Source: Mariprofundaceae bacterium (GTDB lineage Bacteria; Pseudomonadota; Zetaproteobacteria; Mariprofundales; Mariprofundaceae). Taken from it: a DNA stretch of 64,000 bases. Below the pieces are notes generated by a model. That model saw only the letters and a program-made list of their open reading frames with translations, was not told the origin of the DNA and made no database searches. The stretch lies in contig JALUXZ010000070.1 in the NCBI GenBank assembly GCA_027018935.1, positions 6,014 to 70,013 of the forward strand. The letters run 5' to 3'. Every line of letters begins with the position of its first letter. The stretch's first letter is position 1. The translations under genes and the position numbers were made by a program. Shown piece after piece: positions 45,743-55,012 of the stretch.

Positions 45743-46341
45743 TGCGAGTATATCAAGCAAAAGAACAAGGCTTTACATTGTTAGAGGTCTTGATGTCACT
45801 CACGGTTTTTGCTCTTATTGTAGGGGTGAGTTATACGGCATTAGGCCCTGCGGGTGAAGGCTTCAAAGAGTTGCAGGAAGTCCGAGATCAAAGCGAATCC
45901 TCATCATGGTTGGCTAGACAGTTGCGAGCCGATGTAGGTGGCTTAACAAACTCGGCAATTAAAAAATTACCACCGATTCAAATACGCTCGGATGCCCGTG
46001 GTGACACATATGTGGATGAGTTAACGTTGCTTGTGCGTGAGGCTGGGCGCAGTGGTTTAACGCTCGTACATTATAAAATAAATGAAGATAATGATGAGCT
46101 ATTGCGTGAATCGCGCATGGCATGGGCGCGGGATAGCGTTGAGTCAGATCGTATGGTATTGGCAAAGGTGTCCTCATTTCATGTTGAGATTATGGATAAA
46201 AATGGGCAATGGAAACAAAGGTTGGCGACTGAGAAGGATAAGAGTGCTGTATTTGTTTGGCCAAAGGCGTTACGCGTGACGATTCAGCAGGGCGATAAGT
46301 CACAGCAGTGGTTGATGCCGTTGTACCAAGCATTGCTATGA
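45742..46341 (+). CDS. gspJ: Type II secretion minor pseudopilin J
   Basis: KEQG/FTLLEVLMSL, 199 aa, by position. Confidence 0.85.
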   Translation: MRVYQAKEQGFTLLEVLMSLTVFALIVGVSYTALGPAGEGFKELQEVRDQSESSSWLARQLRADVGGLTNSAIKKLPPIQIRSDARGDTYVDELTLLVREAGRSGLTLVHYKINEDNDELLRESRMAWARDSVESDRMVLAKVSSFHVEIMDKNGQWKQRLATEKDKSAVFVWPKALRVTIQQGDKSQQWLMPLYQALL

Positions 46342-47291
46342 GTTTAGCCGTCAATAAAAGGCATGCCGAGAAAGGTGCAGCATTGATTATTGTGCTGGGT
46401 TTGGTGGCAGTAATTGCCGCTTGGGCGGCGACAGCAGCCTATGAAGATATGCTGTCATTGCGACGTGCTGAAAATGTAGTGGTGAGCATGAAATCGGAGC
46501 TTGCATGCTTATCGGCATTGGCATTGGCAAAGGTAACTTTAAAGCAAGATGCTCGTGATGGAAGTACAGATAGCTTGGATGATGACTGGGCACAGGTGAG
46601 TGCTCCTTTTCCAATCGATGATGGTTTGGTCTCAGGGGAAATAGTTGATGCCAATAGGTATTTAAATTTGAATGACTTGGTTGATGTAAAAGGTGAAGCT
46701 GTGTTGTCCATGGTCGATGTGGCAAAACGATTGTTTGCAATTAAAAATTTGGACACTGCGCTGGTGGATGCGCTGGTGGATTGGATGGATGTGGACGATG
46801 TGCCCTTTGGCTTAGGTGGTGTGGAGGATTCTGGTTATTACGATAAGCCTTACAGTGTAAAGAATGCGCACTTGGATCGCCTGGCAGAATTGCGTCTGAT
46901 TAAAGGCTTTGACAAAGATGTCATAGATGCACTAAAAGATGTGGTAACGGTTTGGCCTTTGGCTAAGGATGTTGTGTACAGCAAAGTAAATGTTAACACG
47001 GTGCAAGAAAGTGTATTGTTGGCTATATTCCCTCATATGAGCGATGTGGATAAGGCTGATGTCATGAGTAATCGACCTTATGACAGTGTGGATGTGTTAA
47101 AAACGGCGCTTTGGGCGCAAGGAAAAGAGGCGCAAGCGATGTTTTCACACTTGAGTGTGGTGAGTAATCATTTTATGGTACGAGTGCATGCGGTATTTGG
47201 TCGCGCTGATAGGCAAGAGGAGTATGGATTGTTTCGAGATCATGAAAAAATAACATTGCTCTGGCGTGAACGATTGTTGTGGCAACCATGA
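46338..47291 (+). CDS. gspK: Type II secretion minor pseudopilin K
   Basis: ATG 46338 overlaps the gspJ stop. KGAALIIVLGLVAVIA lacks Glu5, as GspK does. DDWAQ and SGYYDKPYSVKNAHLDRLAELRLIKG blocks. Confidence 0.85.
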   Translation: MSLAVNKRHAEKGAALIIVLGLVAVIAAWAATAAYEDMLSLRRAENVVVSMKSELACLSALALAKVTLKQDARDGSTDSLDDDWAQVSAPFPIDDGLVSGEIVDANRYLNLNDLVDVKGEAVLSMVDVAKRLFAIKNLDTALVDALVDWMDVDDVPFGLGGVEDSGYYDKPYSVKNAHLDRLAELRLIKGFDKDVIDALKDVVTVWPLAKDVVYSKVNVNTVQESVLLAIFPHMSDVDKADVMSNRPYDSVDVLKTALWAQGKEAQAMFSHLSVVSNHFMVRVHAVFGRADRQEEYGLFRDHEKITLLWRERLLWQP

Positions 47292-48556
47292 AGCGGGAAT
47301 CAGAATCATTGCCGAGTATTGATTTAAGTTGGGATGGTGCGTCTATCATGTGGAAAGACCAAGCGGGTGGCATGCATGCTGATGTCAGATCTGCTGATGA
47401 ATCTGAATCACTTGATATTGCAGAGCTGCCTAGTTTACCCAATGAGAATGTATTGCTCAGTCGTGTGTATATACCTATGGAATGGCTATTGGTACGTTAT
47501 GTTAGCTTGCCTTTAAAGCAACCATCTATGGTAGATGTGGCTATTTTATTTCAGGAACTGGCAGATAGTAGTGATTTGGATGCCAATGATTGGTGGCTGA
47601 CATGGCATTTGAATGTGTGTGAAAGTGGTGTGGCGGGGATGGGGTTTTGCTTGCCTGAATCATTGCGAACATCCATGTTAGCTTCTGAGCCTTGGCTAAA
47701 TACCAAAGAAGTTTTGGTAGATGGCTATGAACGCTTACATGTTTATGTAGAAGAGGGGCAGGCTTGCTTGGTGCTTGACCAAGATGATGAAGGTGTATTT
47801 TTTGGTGTATATGATGGTCAGGTATGGCGAGGTATGCGCCGCTTAAATGGGGATGTGGAAGCACTTTGGCAGCAATTGCTGCATTCATGCTGTGCTATGG
47901 GCTTTGATGCTCAAAATGATGCTGTATATGGTCAAATTTATGATGTGTTGTTGGATAAAATAAGGGCAGAAAATTTAATTTGGCAAGGAGAGTGTCTAAA
48001 CACACAGCGAACGCGTCATGAAGCCAACTTAAGCATATGTCAAGGTGATGGAAAAGCTGCTTTAAACTTACGTCATGGACGTTGGTCTTCACGCCGTGAA
48101 TGGGGTTACTTGCATATATGGAAGCGGAGTGCTGCATTGACTGCTTTGGTGTTGCTGGCTTGGATTGTTGGTTCAGTGATTGGGTTGCATCGTATGGATA
48201 AACAAATTGAGGTTTATAAACAGCGTATTGAAGCAGCTTTTCATCAAGGTTTGCCGAATGAGCCAGTTATGCTTGATGCATTAGCACAATTGCGTCAGGC
48301 AGCAGCTGGAAGAGGGGTGGCTGATACCACCTTTCTATCAAGTTTGCAGGCTGTGAGTGAAGTATATAAAGCCCAAGCTTGGCAATTAAAAACGCTAGAG
48401 TTGCATGATGGTAAAATGCATATGACAGGTGAAGTAAAGGATATTAAAAGCTTAAATAAAATACAGGCAAGTCTGCAAAAATCCTTGCAGAAAGAAGTGA
48501 GCATTGCAGACACCAATATCCGTGGCGAAAAAGTATCATTTCGGATGCTCTGGTAA
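47279..48556 (+). CDS. gspL: Type II secretion protein L
   Basis: 425 aa: cytoplasmic domain, a single TM helix (ALTALVLLAWIVGSVIGL) and a periplasmic domain. Position between gspK and gspM. Confidence 0.75.
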   Translation: MATMKRESESLPSIDLSWDGASIMWKDQAGGMHADVRSADESESLDIAELPSLPNENVLLSRVYIPMEWLLVRYVSLPLKQPSMVDVAILFQELADSSDLDANDWWLTWHLNVCESGVAGMGFCLPESLRTSMLASEPWLNTKEVLVDGYERLHVYVEEGQACLVLDQDDEGVFFGVYDGQVWRGMRRLNGDVEALWQQLLHSCCAMGFDAQNDAVYGQIYDVLLDKIRAENLIWQGECLNTQRTRHEANLSICQGDGKAALNLRHGRWSSRREWGYLHIWKRSAALTALVLLAWIVGSVIGLHRMDKQIEVYKQRIEAAFHQGLPNEPVMLDALAQLRQAAAGRGVADTTFLSSLQAVSEVYKAQAWQLKTLELHDGKMHMTGEVKDIKSLNKIQASLQKSLQKEVSIADTNIRGEKVSFRMLW

Positions 48557-49098
48557 TGAAAGATATGATGAATAAATTTACAATGCTAAATTTCAAGCAA
48601 TATTGGCAGTCAATGCTTGAACAAAGGTGGATGCCTTATTATCAATCATTGGCGGAACGTGAGCAACGAATATTATTGTTTGCGAGTGTTATTTTGCCAT
48701 TTGTATTGTTTGTTTTTATGGTTGTTTTGCCATTAAATGATGCGCAGAATAGCAAGGAAACCTCATTGCAGTTGCTGCAAAAAGAGGTGCATGATGCTGA
48801 ACTGCTGGCAGTACGTTTGCAGGCTCAAGGTGGCGTGCAGGCGCGTAAAGGAAGTGTGATGTCTGTGGTGGATCAAGTAGCTCGAACAACGCAGGTACGT
48901 AAATTCATAACACGTTTGCGCCCTCAAATAGGGGGGCATGCTGGTCAGCGTTTGTTGATTCAAATGCGTGATGCGCCGTACGATAAAACAGTGGCGTTTT
49001 TTGAAACGTTATCTAAAAAAGGACTTGGCTTGATTCAAGTGAAATTTCAGCAAGCTGAAAGGCAAGGCTTTATAAATGTACAGGCGGTTGTTGAGTAA
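48556..49098 (+). CDS. gspM: Type II secretion protein M
   Basis: 180 aa with an N-terminal TM helix after ERE(Q)R and a ferredoxin-like C-domain. By position. Confidence 0.7.
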   Translation: MKDMMNKFTMLNFKQYWQSMLEQRWMPYYQSLAEREQRILLFASVILPFVLFVFMVVLPLNDAQNSKETSLQLLQKEVHDAELLAVRLQAQGGVQARKGSVMSVVDQVARTTQVRKFITRLRPQIGGHAGQRLLIQMRDAPYDKTVAFFETLSKKGLGLIQVKFQQAERQGFINVQAVVE

Positions 49099-49110
49099 GC
49101 CTTCATTGGT

Positions 49111-49166
49111 TTGCTATGAGTGAAAATCAACATCGTTTGACTCGTGCGAGTTTTTTCGAGGTGCCC
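49111..49166. repeat. Half copy (left arm, reverse orientation) of MITE family A
   Basis: ttgctatgagtgaaaatcaacatcgtttgactcgtgcgagttttttcgaggtgccc is the reverse complement of the first ~56 nt of family A. Confidence 0.65.
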
Positions 49167-49202
49167 GATGGTATTGGGTACCTTCATCCTAATCACTACA
49201 AA

Positions 49203-50033
49203 TTATTGAGTCATTAGAGTCCATTGAGGTTGCCCCAAGGTGCCCGTAATTTTAACTTTTCCTTTTGTTTTCGGCAGGATTGCTGCCAAAGGGGTGTTTT
49301 CACTGGTTTTCACGTCAATATTACCTTGTAATTTCCACATGAAAGGTGGGTTGCGATTTATTTGTAATGTTCCACTTCCTTTGGTTTGCAGTTGCTCTCC
49401 ACCTTGTAGTGTCCAGACTTGGTTTTGCTCAGTTTGTTTTAAATTCAACACATAATTGCCTAATATATAACTCTGCTGCATCATATTGAGTGTTGCATCT
49501 TGCCAGCTTATTTGTAAATCAGTCTGTATGGGGCGACCTGTACTTGAATTTATTTTAATATTACCTTGCCAGTACACGTTGCCAGCAGCTTGGGCTAGAG
49601 ATGTCTGTCCATACCAAGCCTGTGCAGCCCTCACATCTAGCTGACCTGTTAAACTGGTCAACATGATGGATGTGCTATGTGATGAAATAGATGTGCTCAT
49701 CTGAATAAAGCTATTTTTAATCTTCACCGATACAGCCAGACGCATTTTCCACAATGCCGACCAGTCCAATTGCAAATAAACATCACCCAAGAGCAATGGT
49801 TTGGGCATATCAAGTAGGCGCAAGTAAACATTTGACAACTCTAGGCTTGTAGGATGAAGGTCTAATGTATCATAAGTTATATCGAGATGGTTCTGTGCGA
49901 TAGCAAAGTCTAATTTTCTCTGAACCCAAGATTCAATATCCCACCGAAATATTGAGAAAAAGATAAGACTAACTATAAATAGCAAGCTCAGTTGTTTATT
50001 AAACATAGGCTTTATTTTTTCTTTATGAGTCAT
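49203..50033 (-). CDS. gspN: Type II secretion protein N candidate, on the opposite strand to the gsp operon
   Basis: About 270 aa. An N-terminal TM helix is followed by a beta-rich periplasmic domain ending ...GKVKITGTLGQPQW. Size and architecture fit GspN, but similarity was judged by eye only. Confidence 0.5.
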   Translation of the reverse strand: MTHKEKIKPMFNKQLSLLFIVSLIFFSIFRWDIESWVQRKLDFAIAQNHLDITYDTLDLHPTSLELSNVYLRLLDMPKPLLLGDVYLQLDWSALWKMRLAVSVKIKNSFIQMSTSISSHSTSIMLTSLTGQLDVRAAQAWYGQTSLAQAAGNVYWQGNIKINSSTGRPIQTDLQISWQDATLNMMQQSYILGNYVLNLKQTEQNQVWTLQGGEQLQTKGSGTLQINRNPPFMWKLQGNIDVKTSENTPLAAILPKTKGKVKITGTLGQPQWTLMTQ

Positions 50034-50148
50034 TCAAAAGCCGCCTGCATATAACCCTGTTGGTATCTTTGCTTATTGATAATCAGAACCTTTTTGTTGA
50101 TGAAATTTGGAAGCATAAGCTTACAACGTATAATTTTACATAACCATA

Positions 50149-50199
50149 GGGCACCTCGAAAAACTTCGCACAAGTTTGGCGAAGTTTTTCGAGGTGCCC
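50149..50199. mobile_element. Miniature internally deleted copy of MITE family A (51-bp near-perfect hairpin)
   Basis: gggcacctcgaaaaacttcgcacaagtttggcgaagtttttcgaggtgccc: both family A termini are joined with almost no interior. Confidence 0.7.
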
Positions 50200-50334
50200 T
50201 ATGGCATAAGCGTAATTATTTTTAATCATACCGTCAAATTGTTAAACAAGTGAAAAGCGGAGCCTTATTCAAGATCTTCTTTGAGTTTCTCTTCTTTCTA
50301 TTAAAGGTTTTAAAACTTAGCAGGCTGTGTATAG

Positions 50335-50350
50335 TGTGACTTATATCACA
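50335..50350. promoter_or_regulatory. CRP/Vfr-type operator candidate upstream of the pilin genes
   Basis: TGTGA-cttata-TCACA, with perfect half-sites at N6 spacing (extended palindrome agtgtga/tcacact). It lies 64 nt upstream of the pilin ATG and about 13 nt upstream of a TAGAAT -10-like hexamer at 50363-50368. Confidence 0.4.
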
Positions 50351-50413
50351 CTGCTTCATCGGTAGAATATATATTTTTATTAGGGCAGCAGCCCGTCAAA
50401 CTAGGGGATTAGA

Positions 50414-51202
50414 ATGAAAGATAGAACAGCGGGCGAAAAGGGTTTTACACTTATTGAAATGGCCATTGTACTGGTGGTAATTGGGCTTATTTTGGGAGCG
50501 GTATCTATTGGTAAGGATTTGCAGAGAAATGCTGAATATGACACTGTGAAACAGAAGTTTATCGATCAGTGGGCCACAGCATACAATATATATTATCAGC
50601 GTGTTGGGGTGGTATTGGGTGACTCTGAAGTTGCACCGCGCTTGATGGTTGCAGGCAGTGCATATGCAGCCCCGGTTGGTACCCCTATTTCTGGAGGAAA
50701 TATGGCGGTAGTACCCTCTCCTGGAGCAATCTGCCAAGGTCTAGCACCAGTAGGAATTACTCTCGCAACACCTTCAGCAACATTGTTTGCAGCTACTATG
50801 CATACATATTTTGATCAGACGGGCATAAGAATGCCTCCAGGTCGTGCAGAAGGCAGTGAAGATCGTTTTGCTTATCTGGACAGTAATGGTAACCCTCAAG
50901 AGATTCAGGTTTGCTTTAGGTGGAATGCTCCAGCTACACCAGAAGGTGCGGGAAATGTCATGTTGATTGCTGGATTAACGCCAGATTTGGCACGAGCTTT
51001 GGATCAAATGATCGATGGTAAGCCTGATGCTCAAGAGGGCATGTTTCGCCAGCTTGGTGTTGTGAATGGTGTTGCGGGAGGTCCTGGTATTTCTTGGAAT
51101 ACGAATAATACACAAGTTTTTGGTGCTGGTGCCGGCTCAGGGACAAACCTTGATGAAGATCAGGTTGTAACTGTTACTGCAGTCTACAAGATGAATCAAT
51201 AA
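50414..51202 (+). CDS. Large type IV pilin-like protein, paralogue 1 (262 aa)
   Basis: Prepilin signal MKDRTAGEKG/FTLIEMAIVLVVIGLILGAV with Gly-1, Phe+1 and Glu+5. Two conserved Cys. Ends ...VYKMNQ. Confidence 0.85.
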   Translation: MKDRTAGEKGFTLIEMAIVLVVIGLILGAVSIGKDLQRNAEYDTVKQKFIDQWATAYNIYYQRVGVVLGDSEVAPRLMVAGSAYAAPVGTPISGGNMAVVPSPGAICQGLAPVGITLATPSATLFAATMHTYFDQTGIRMPPGRAEGSEDRFAYLDSNGNPQEIQVCFRWNAPATPEGAGNVMLIAGLTPDLARALDQMIDGKPDAQEGMFRQLGVVNGVAGGPGISWNTNNTQVFGAGAGSGTNLDEDQVVTVTAVYKMNQ

Positions 51203-51207
51203 GGGAG

Positions 51208-52023
51208 ATGATTATGTTTAAGCAAAAAGGAAAGCTGGCAAAAGGCTTTACGCTTATAGAAATGGCGATTGTTTTGGTTGTGATCGGGTTGATTCTTGGT
51301 GCAGTATCGATTGGTAAAGATTTACAGAGAACGGCGGAGTTTGATGTTATTAAACAGAAATTCGTTGATCAATGGGCTCAAGCTTATAATCAATATTACA
51401 CACGGGTAGGTGTGGTAGTGGGTGATTCTCAAGTTGCCCCTGTGTATATGGTTGATGGAAATAGTGTGACTTTGAACACGCCATTGGCGGCAAGGCTTCC
51501 TGTTAACATGGCGAATACGGGTTTGCGTATTTGTGAAGGTCAAGGTTATGGCGCGAACTCAGTGGGTACTGGAGACCCTGGTTTGTCGGCACAAAGCCTA
51601 TTTGCGTTGTTTGATCGCCAGGGAATTCGTATGCCTCCAGGGCGTGCAGAAGGGTCAGAAGATCGTTATAACTACTTAGATTCAAATGGTAACCCCGCTG
51701 AGTTACAGGTTTGCTTCCAATGGAATGTTGACGGAACCAATAGTGGTTCAGGCAATGTTATGGTTATTCGTGGCTTAACGCCAGATTTGGCTCGTGCTCT
51801 TGATCAGATGATTGATGGTAAGCCTGATGCTCGAGAAGGTATGTTCAGGCAGCAAGATGTTGCTTTGAATACTACTGGAACTAGCCAGGTTCCTGGTAGT
51901 GAGTGGGCTGCTAATAATACGTATCGTCAGAATGGCACCGTACCAACGGCGGTTGGAACGGGTAATAATCAAGATGAAAACAGAGTTGTACTGTTGACTG
52001 CTCATTATAAGATGAATCAATAA
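51208..52023 (+). CDS. Large type IV pilin-like protein, paralogue 2 (271 aa)
   Basis: GKLAKG/FTLIEMAIVLVVIGLILGAV. It shares IRMPPGRAEGSEDR, VCF.WN and GLTPDLARALDQMIDGKPDA.EGMFRQ blocks with paralogue 1. gggaga RBS. Confidence 0.85.
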   Translation: MIMFKQKGKLAKGFTLIEMAIVLVVIGLILGAVSIGKDLQRTAEFDVIKQKFVDQWAQAYNQYYTRVGVVVGDSQVAPVYMVDGNSVTLNTPLAARLPVNMANTGLRICEGQGYGANSVGTGDPGLSAQSLFALFDRQGIRMPPGRAEGSEDRYNYLDSNGNPAELQVCFQWNVDGTNSGSGNVMVIRGLTPDLARALDQMIDGKPDAREGMFRQQDVALNTTGTSQVPGSEWAANNTYRQNGTVPTAVGTGNNQDENRVVLLTAHYKMNQ

Positions 52024-52053
52024 GAGTGATTGTGTATAAAGGCGAAATGAACC

Positions 52054-52533
52054 ATGGATAAGCGGGTAACTTTGGTCACCGTGTTGGCAGTGATTGGTTT
52101 TCCAATTGCTATTTACAGCGCAGTAACCGCATACCACCACCGTGCAGACGCGAGGATGCAGTTGCAAGTTTTGCAGCAGCATGATGTGCGAATGGAAGAA
52201 ATTAGAAGAGAATCGGCTATGTTTAAGCAGTATCAGGAGCGCTCTCATGCATTTCTTGATGCTGCTAAGGCTGAAGGTATTGTGAGTGAATCGTGGGATC
52301 GGCGACGTTTTGATGTCGAGAATCGCATTGTTAGTTATCGAGATTTGAGTGATTATATACGCAAAGCTAATCATGATGCGAATTATTACTTTATTCCTGA
52401 ACGGCTTGATTTAAAAACACCTGAAAAAGCTCTGGAAGACAATGCTTCGGGGTCGATTTTTCAGTATTATGACCGTTCAAAGCCTGTCTTGGCTTTAACG
52501 ATGCAGGGTGAGCTATTGGTGAAAGTTTTATGA
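52054..52533 (+). CDS. Bitopic membrane protein, PilO/GspM-like assembly component candidate
   Basis: N-terminal TM helix (VTLVTVLAVIGFPIAIYSAV), a coiled coil and a small alpha/beta C-domain. Assigned by position in the pilus locus. Confidence 0.35.
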   Translation: MDKRVTLVTVLAVIGFPIAIYSAVTAYHHRADARMQLQVLQQHDVRMEEIRRESAMFKQYQERSHAFLDAAKAEGIVSESWDRRRFDVENRIVSYRDLSDYIRKANHDANYYFIPERLDLKTPEKALEDNASGSIFQYYDRSKPVLALTMQGELLVKVL

Positions 52534-53852
52534 ACCTAAATGACTTTGATTCTGTAATTCTTGATTTAGATGGTTCAATTATTGCTTTTGATGGCAGCGA
52601 ATATACTCGAGTAAATGAGCTTGCTGAAGTGCAAGGTCATAAAATTATCATGACGGACTATCAAGGCGCGACACCGTTTGCGATGATGATTAATGCGCCT
52701 GAGAAATATGTTGGACCTGTTATTGAGAAAAAACTGTTGGAAGAAGGCGTGATAGAAGGTGCTAGTAAGATACTTATTCATGCCACTCGCTCTTATGGAC
52801 CAGCTTTAACACATGTTTTTTTCACGGCTGTGCCAGCTGATGTGTATGCGGATTATGATAGAAGCGAAGAGCGAGATGACGATCACCATTTAGTTTGCTC
52901 TCTCAATGCGGCACTTTATGCGCAGTTAAAAGGTCTGAAAGCGGGTGTCGTTGTTGCAGGTTTGTTTGTGCATGGCAGGCATGTGGATATTCTTGTTATG
53001 GGGGATGATTGTATACATGCAGCTCGGCGCATTACTGTTTTTGGTGGTCATGATGAACATGCATTAAGACGTGATAATATTGTTGCAGTTTTACGTGCAA
53101 TCGAGCGGGAAGCTCGCATTACTATAGAATATATATATGTGAATTATCATTGCCATGAAAGTGAAGGGTCTATTGCTAGCAGCTTGTCTGAATCAATGCA
53201 GGTTGATTGCAAAGATGCTGCTTTAGAGCATTACATGCTTGATGGAGAGGCATATATGTCGTCGTCTATGGCAATGATTGCTGCTCTAAACGTGAAAGAT
53301 TTGAGTGCAAACATGAAAAGGAGCCTGTGCTATCTAAGCTGGAAAGCTTTGCCGCTGGCGGCATCAATTGTTTTCGGGTTTGCTCTCGCATTGTTTGCGA
53401 TAGCGATGGTTTGGCAGAGTGAAACAAACACCTTGAATGCAGAAGCAGTTAAGATGCAGGAGTCTTTTGAACAAGATAAGGCATCCTTGAAAAGCTTAAA
53501 AGTCATACATGATATTCCAGATTTTCAAAGTTCGCTGGTGTTGGCTGAAGACATGGCGAGAGCTCAGATGATGCCATCGATGCAAGAAGTATTGAGTGAT
53601 CTTTCGTATGCTTCCAAACAGTCAGTATTGCTTGATCATATATCTTTAATTTATGGATCAGAGAATGTTCGTATACAAGTATCTGGCAAAATAAAAGCCT
53701 CATTTGCTGAGGGTATTGAATCGTATAGTTACCTTATTTCTGCGATGCAGAGTATGGGCTATGTTTTGATTGAGAAGAATATAGGCATGGATATGAAGGT
53801 TAATACGTTCATGGTGATAATGGAGAAAGACTTTGTTAAGAAACAAGTATAA
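52530..53852 (+). CDS. MshI-like fusion (PilM-like cytoplasmic domain, TM helix, PilN/O-like periplasmic domain) candidate
   Basis: A start resembling an actin-like phosphate-1 loop (VILDLDGSIIAF), a single TM helix near residue 275 (LPLAASIVFGFALALFAIAMVW), then a coiled coil and a ferredoxin-like end. Confidence 0.45.
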   Translation: MNLNDFDSVILDLDGSIIAFDGSEYTRVNELAEVQGHKIIMTDYQGATPFAMMINAPEKYVGPVIEKKLLEEGVIEGASKILIHATRSYGPALTHVFFTAVPADVYADYDRSEERDDDHHLVCSLNAALYAQLKGLKAGVVVAGLFVHGRHVDILVMGDDCIHAARRITVFGGHDEHALRRDNIVAVLRAIEREARITIEYIYVNYHCHESEGSIASSLSESMQVDCKDAALEHYMLDGEAYMSSSMAMIAALNVKDLSANMKRSLCYLSWKALPLAASIVFGFALALFAIAMVWQSETNTLNAEAVKMQESFEQDKASLKSLKVIHDIPDFQSSLVLAEDMARAQMMPSMQEVLSDLSYASKQSVLLDHISLIYGSENVRIQVSGKIKASFAEGIESYSYLISAMQSMGYVLIEKNIGMDMKVNTFMVIMEKDFVKKQV

Positions 53853-54324
53853 GGGTCTGTTATCGTTCGCGATGCTTGGTGTGAGCTTGGGTGTTGGGGC
53901 TTTGATATATTCGCATGGACGGAGTATTGATGCGGCAATATCTGGTTATCAGCCGCGCATTGATAATCCTTTATCGGGTGAAAAGTTTGACCAACTAGAG
54001 TTCGTTATGCTTGGAGAGCTGATTAATAAAATGGATAAGTTGCCGTATCCACCTGTTGTTAAATCGAGAGACGTTCGATTTGCAATTTTAGACGACAAAG
54101 CAAATAAGAAAATTGTTAAAATGAGAAATTTTGTCCGAGTTAAACCTTTTAATTATAAAGTGTCTATGGTGTTTATTTCTGAGGAACAACGCTATGCGGT
54201 AGTTTCTGGAGGGTTTGTGCATGTGGGTGAGCACCTGCGAGATGGTGCTCTTGTAGAAGCTATTCAAAAAGGGAAAGTTAAAATATCTCGCTCAGATGGT
54301 AGTCGTTGGATTAAAGTGAGATAG
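53833..54324 (+). CDS. PilP/MshK-like periplasmic assembly protein candidate
   Basis: N-terminal anchor. The C-terminal beta-domain YKVSMVFISEEQRYAVVSGGFVHVGEHLRDGALVEAIQKGKVKI resembles the PilP / GspC-HR fold pattern. TTG start is uncertain. Confidence 0.4.
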   Translation: MLRNKYKGLLSFAMLGVSLGVGALIYSHGRSIDAAISGYQPRIDNPLSGEKFDQLEFVMLGELINKMDKLPYPPVVKSRDVRFAILDDKANKKIVKMRNFVRVKPFNYKVSMVFISEEQRYAVVSGGFVHVGEHLRDGALVEAIQKGKVKISRSDGSRWIKVR

Positions 54325-54394
54325 TCAGATGCGAGGCGCGAATTGATGAGGGAAGATCTTATTTTATCTTAAAATATGTTTGGGGGGTAGTGTT

Positions 54395-55012
54395 GTGAGT
54401 GTACGAATGATTTTGTTGATCGGCACGATTGCAGTTTTTTCATTTATAGGTATTTATTTTTTGTCGGATATGGGCTATGAGGTGAATATTCGCAAGGTGG
54501 AATCGGATCAGTCTGCCGTACAGGGTCAAGTCTCGAGCCAGCCGTTGTCCAAGCCAGTGGTGCCAGCGCAACCTGTTTTTCAAGTGCCACAGAAGCCAAA
54601 CCATACAATTAATTCTCCCGTGGCTAAAGGTCAGGTAAATGCACAGCCAGATTTACAAAAGCATTTGCAAGAATTGCATTCGATTCAGTTGGAGATGACG
54701 CAACTTAATGGGCGTGATGGGAAAATTAATATTGCAAAGCTTGAGGGTGCGATAGATAAGTTTGCAAGTTTAGGGGAACGGGCACCAGAGTTGGGTATTG
54801 GTAAGGTCATAAATGCAGGGAAGCTTAAGGAATTGGTTGGCTCGCTACGTGGTATGGAAAAGTTGCAAGTTGAAATACAAGAAATATCAAAAGATCCAGA
54901 ACACATTGATATGGAAAAGATGAGTGCCAAACTGGCTGAATTACAGTCACTGCAGGCTGAAATGATGAAAACATTACCTTACATAAGGCCGAATCTGCCA
55001 TATGCCCAATGA
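54395..55012 (+). CDS. Bitopic membrane protein with a Pro/Gln-rich linker and coiled coil (unknown function)
   Basis: TM helix ILLIGTIAVFSFIGIYFL, then PVVPAQPVFQVPQKP, then repeated L.EL.S.Q.EM heptads. GTG 54395 follows tgggggg. The track start is TTG 54380. Confidence 0.35.
   Translation: MSVRMILLIGTIAVFSFIGIYFLSDMGYEVNIRKVESDQSAVQGQVSSQPLSKPVVPAQPVFQVPQKPNHTINSPVAKGQVNAQPDLQKHLQELHSIQLEMTQLNGRDGKINIAKLEGAIDKFASLGERAPELGIGKVINAGKLKELVGSLRGMEKLQVEIQEISKDPEHIDMEKMSAKLAELQSLQAEMMKTLPYIRPNLPYAQ

Noticed and set aside
15448-50203. The dispersed repeats, considered as a possible degenerate CRISPR array or integron attC sites.
   Set aside because: There is no regular repeat-spacer periodicity. 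The copies are kilobases apart and have terminal inverted repeats and target duplications typical of MITEs. No cas or integrase genes are present.
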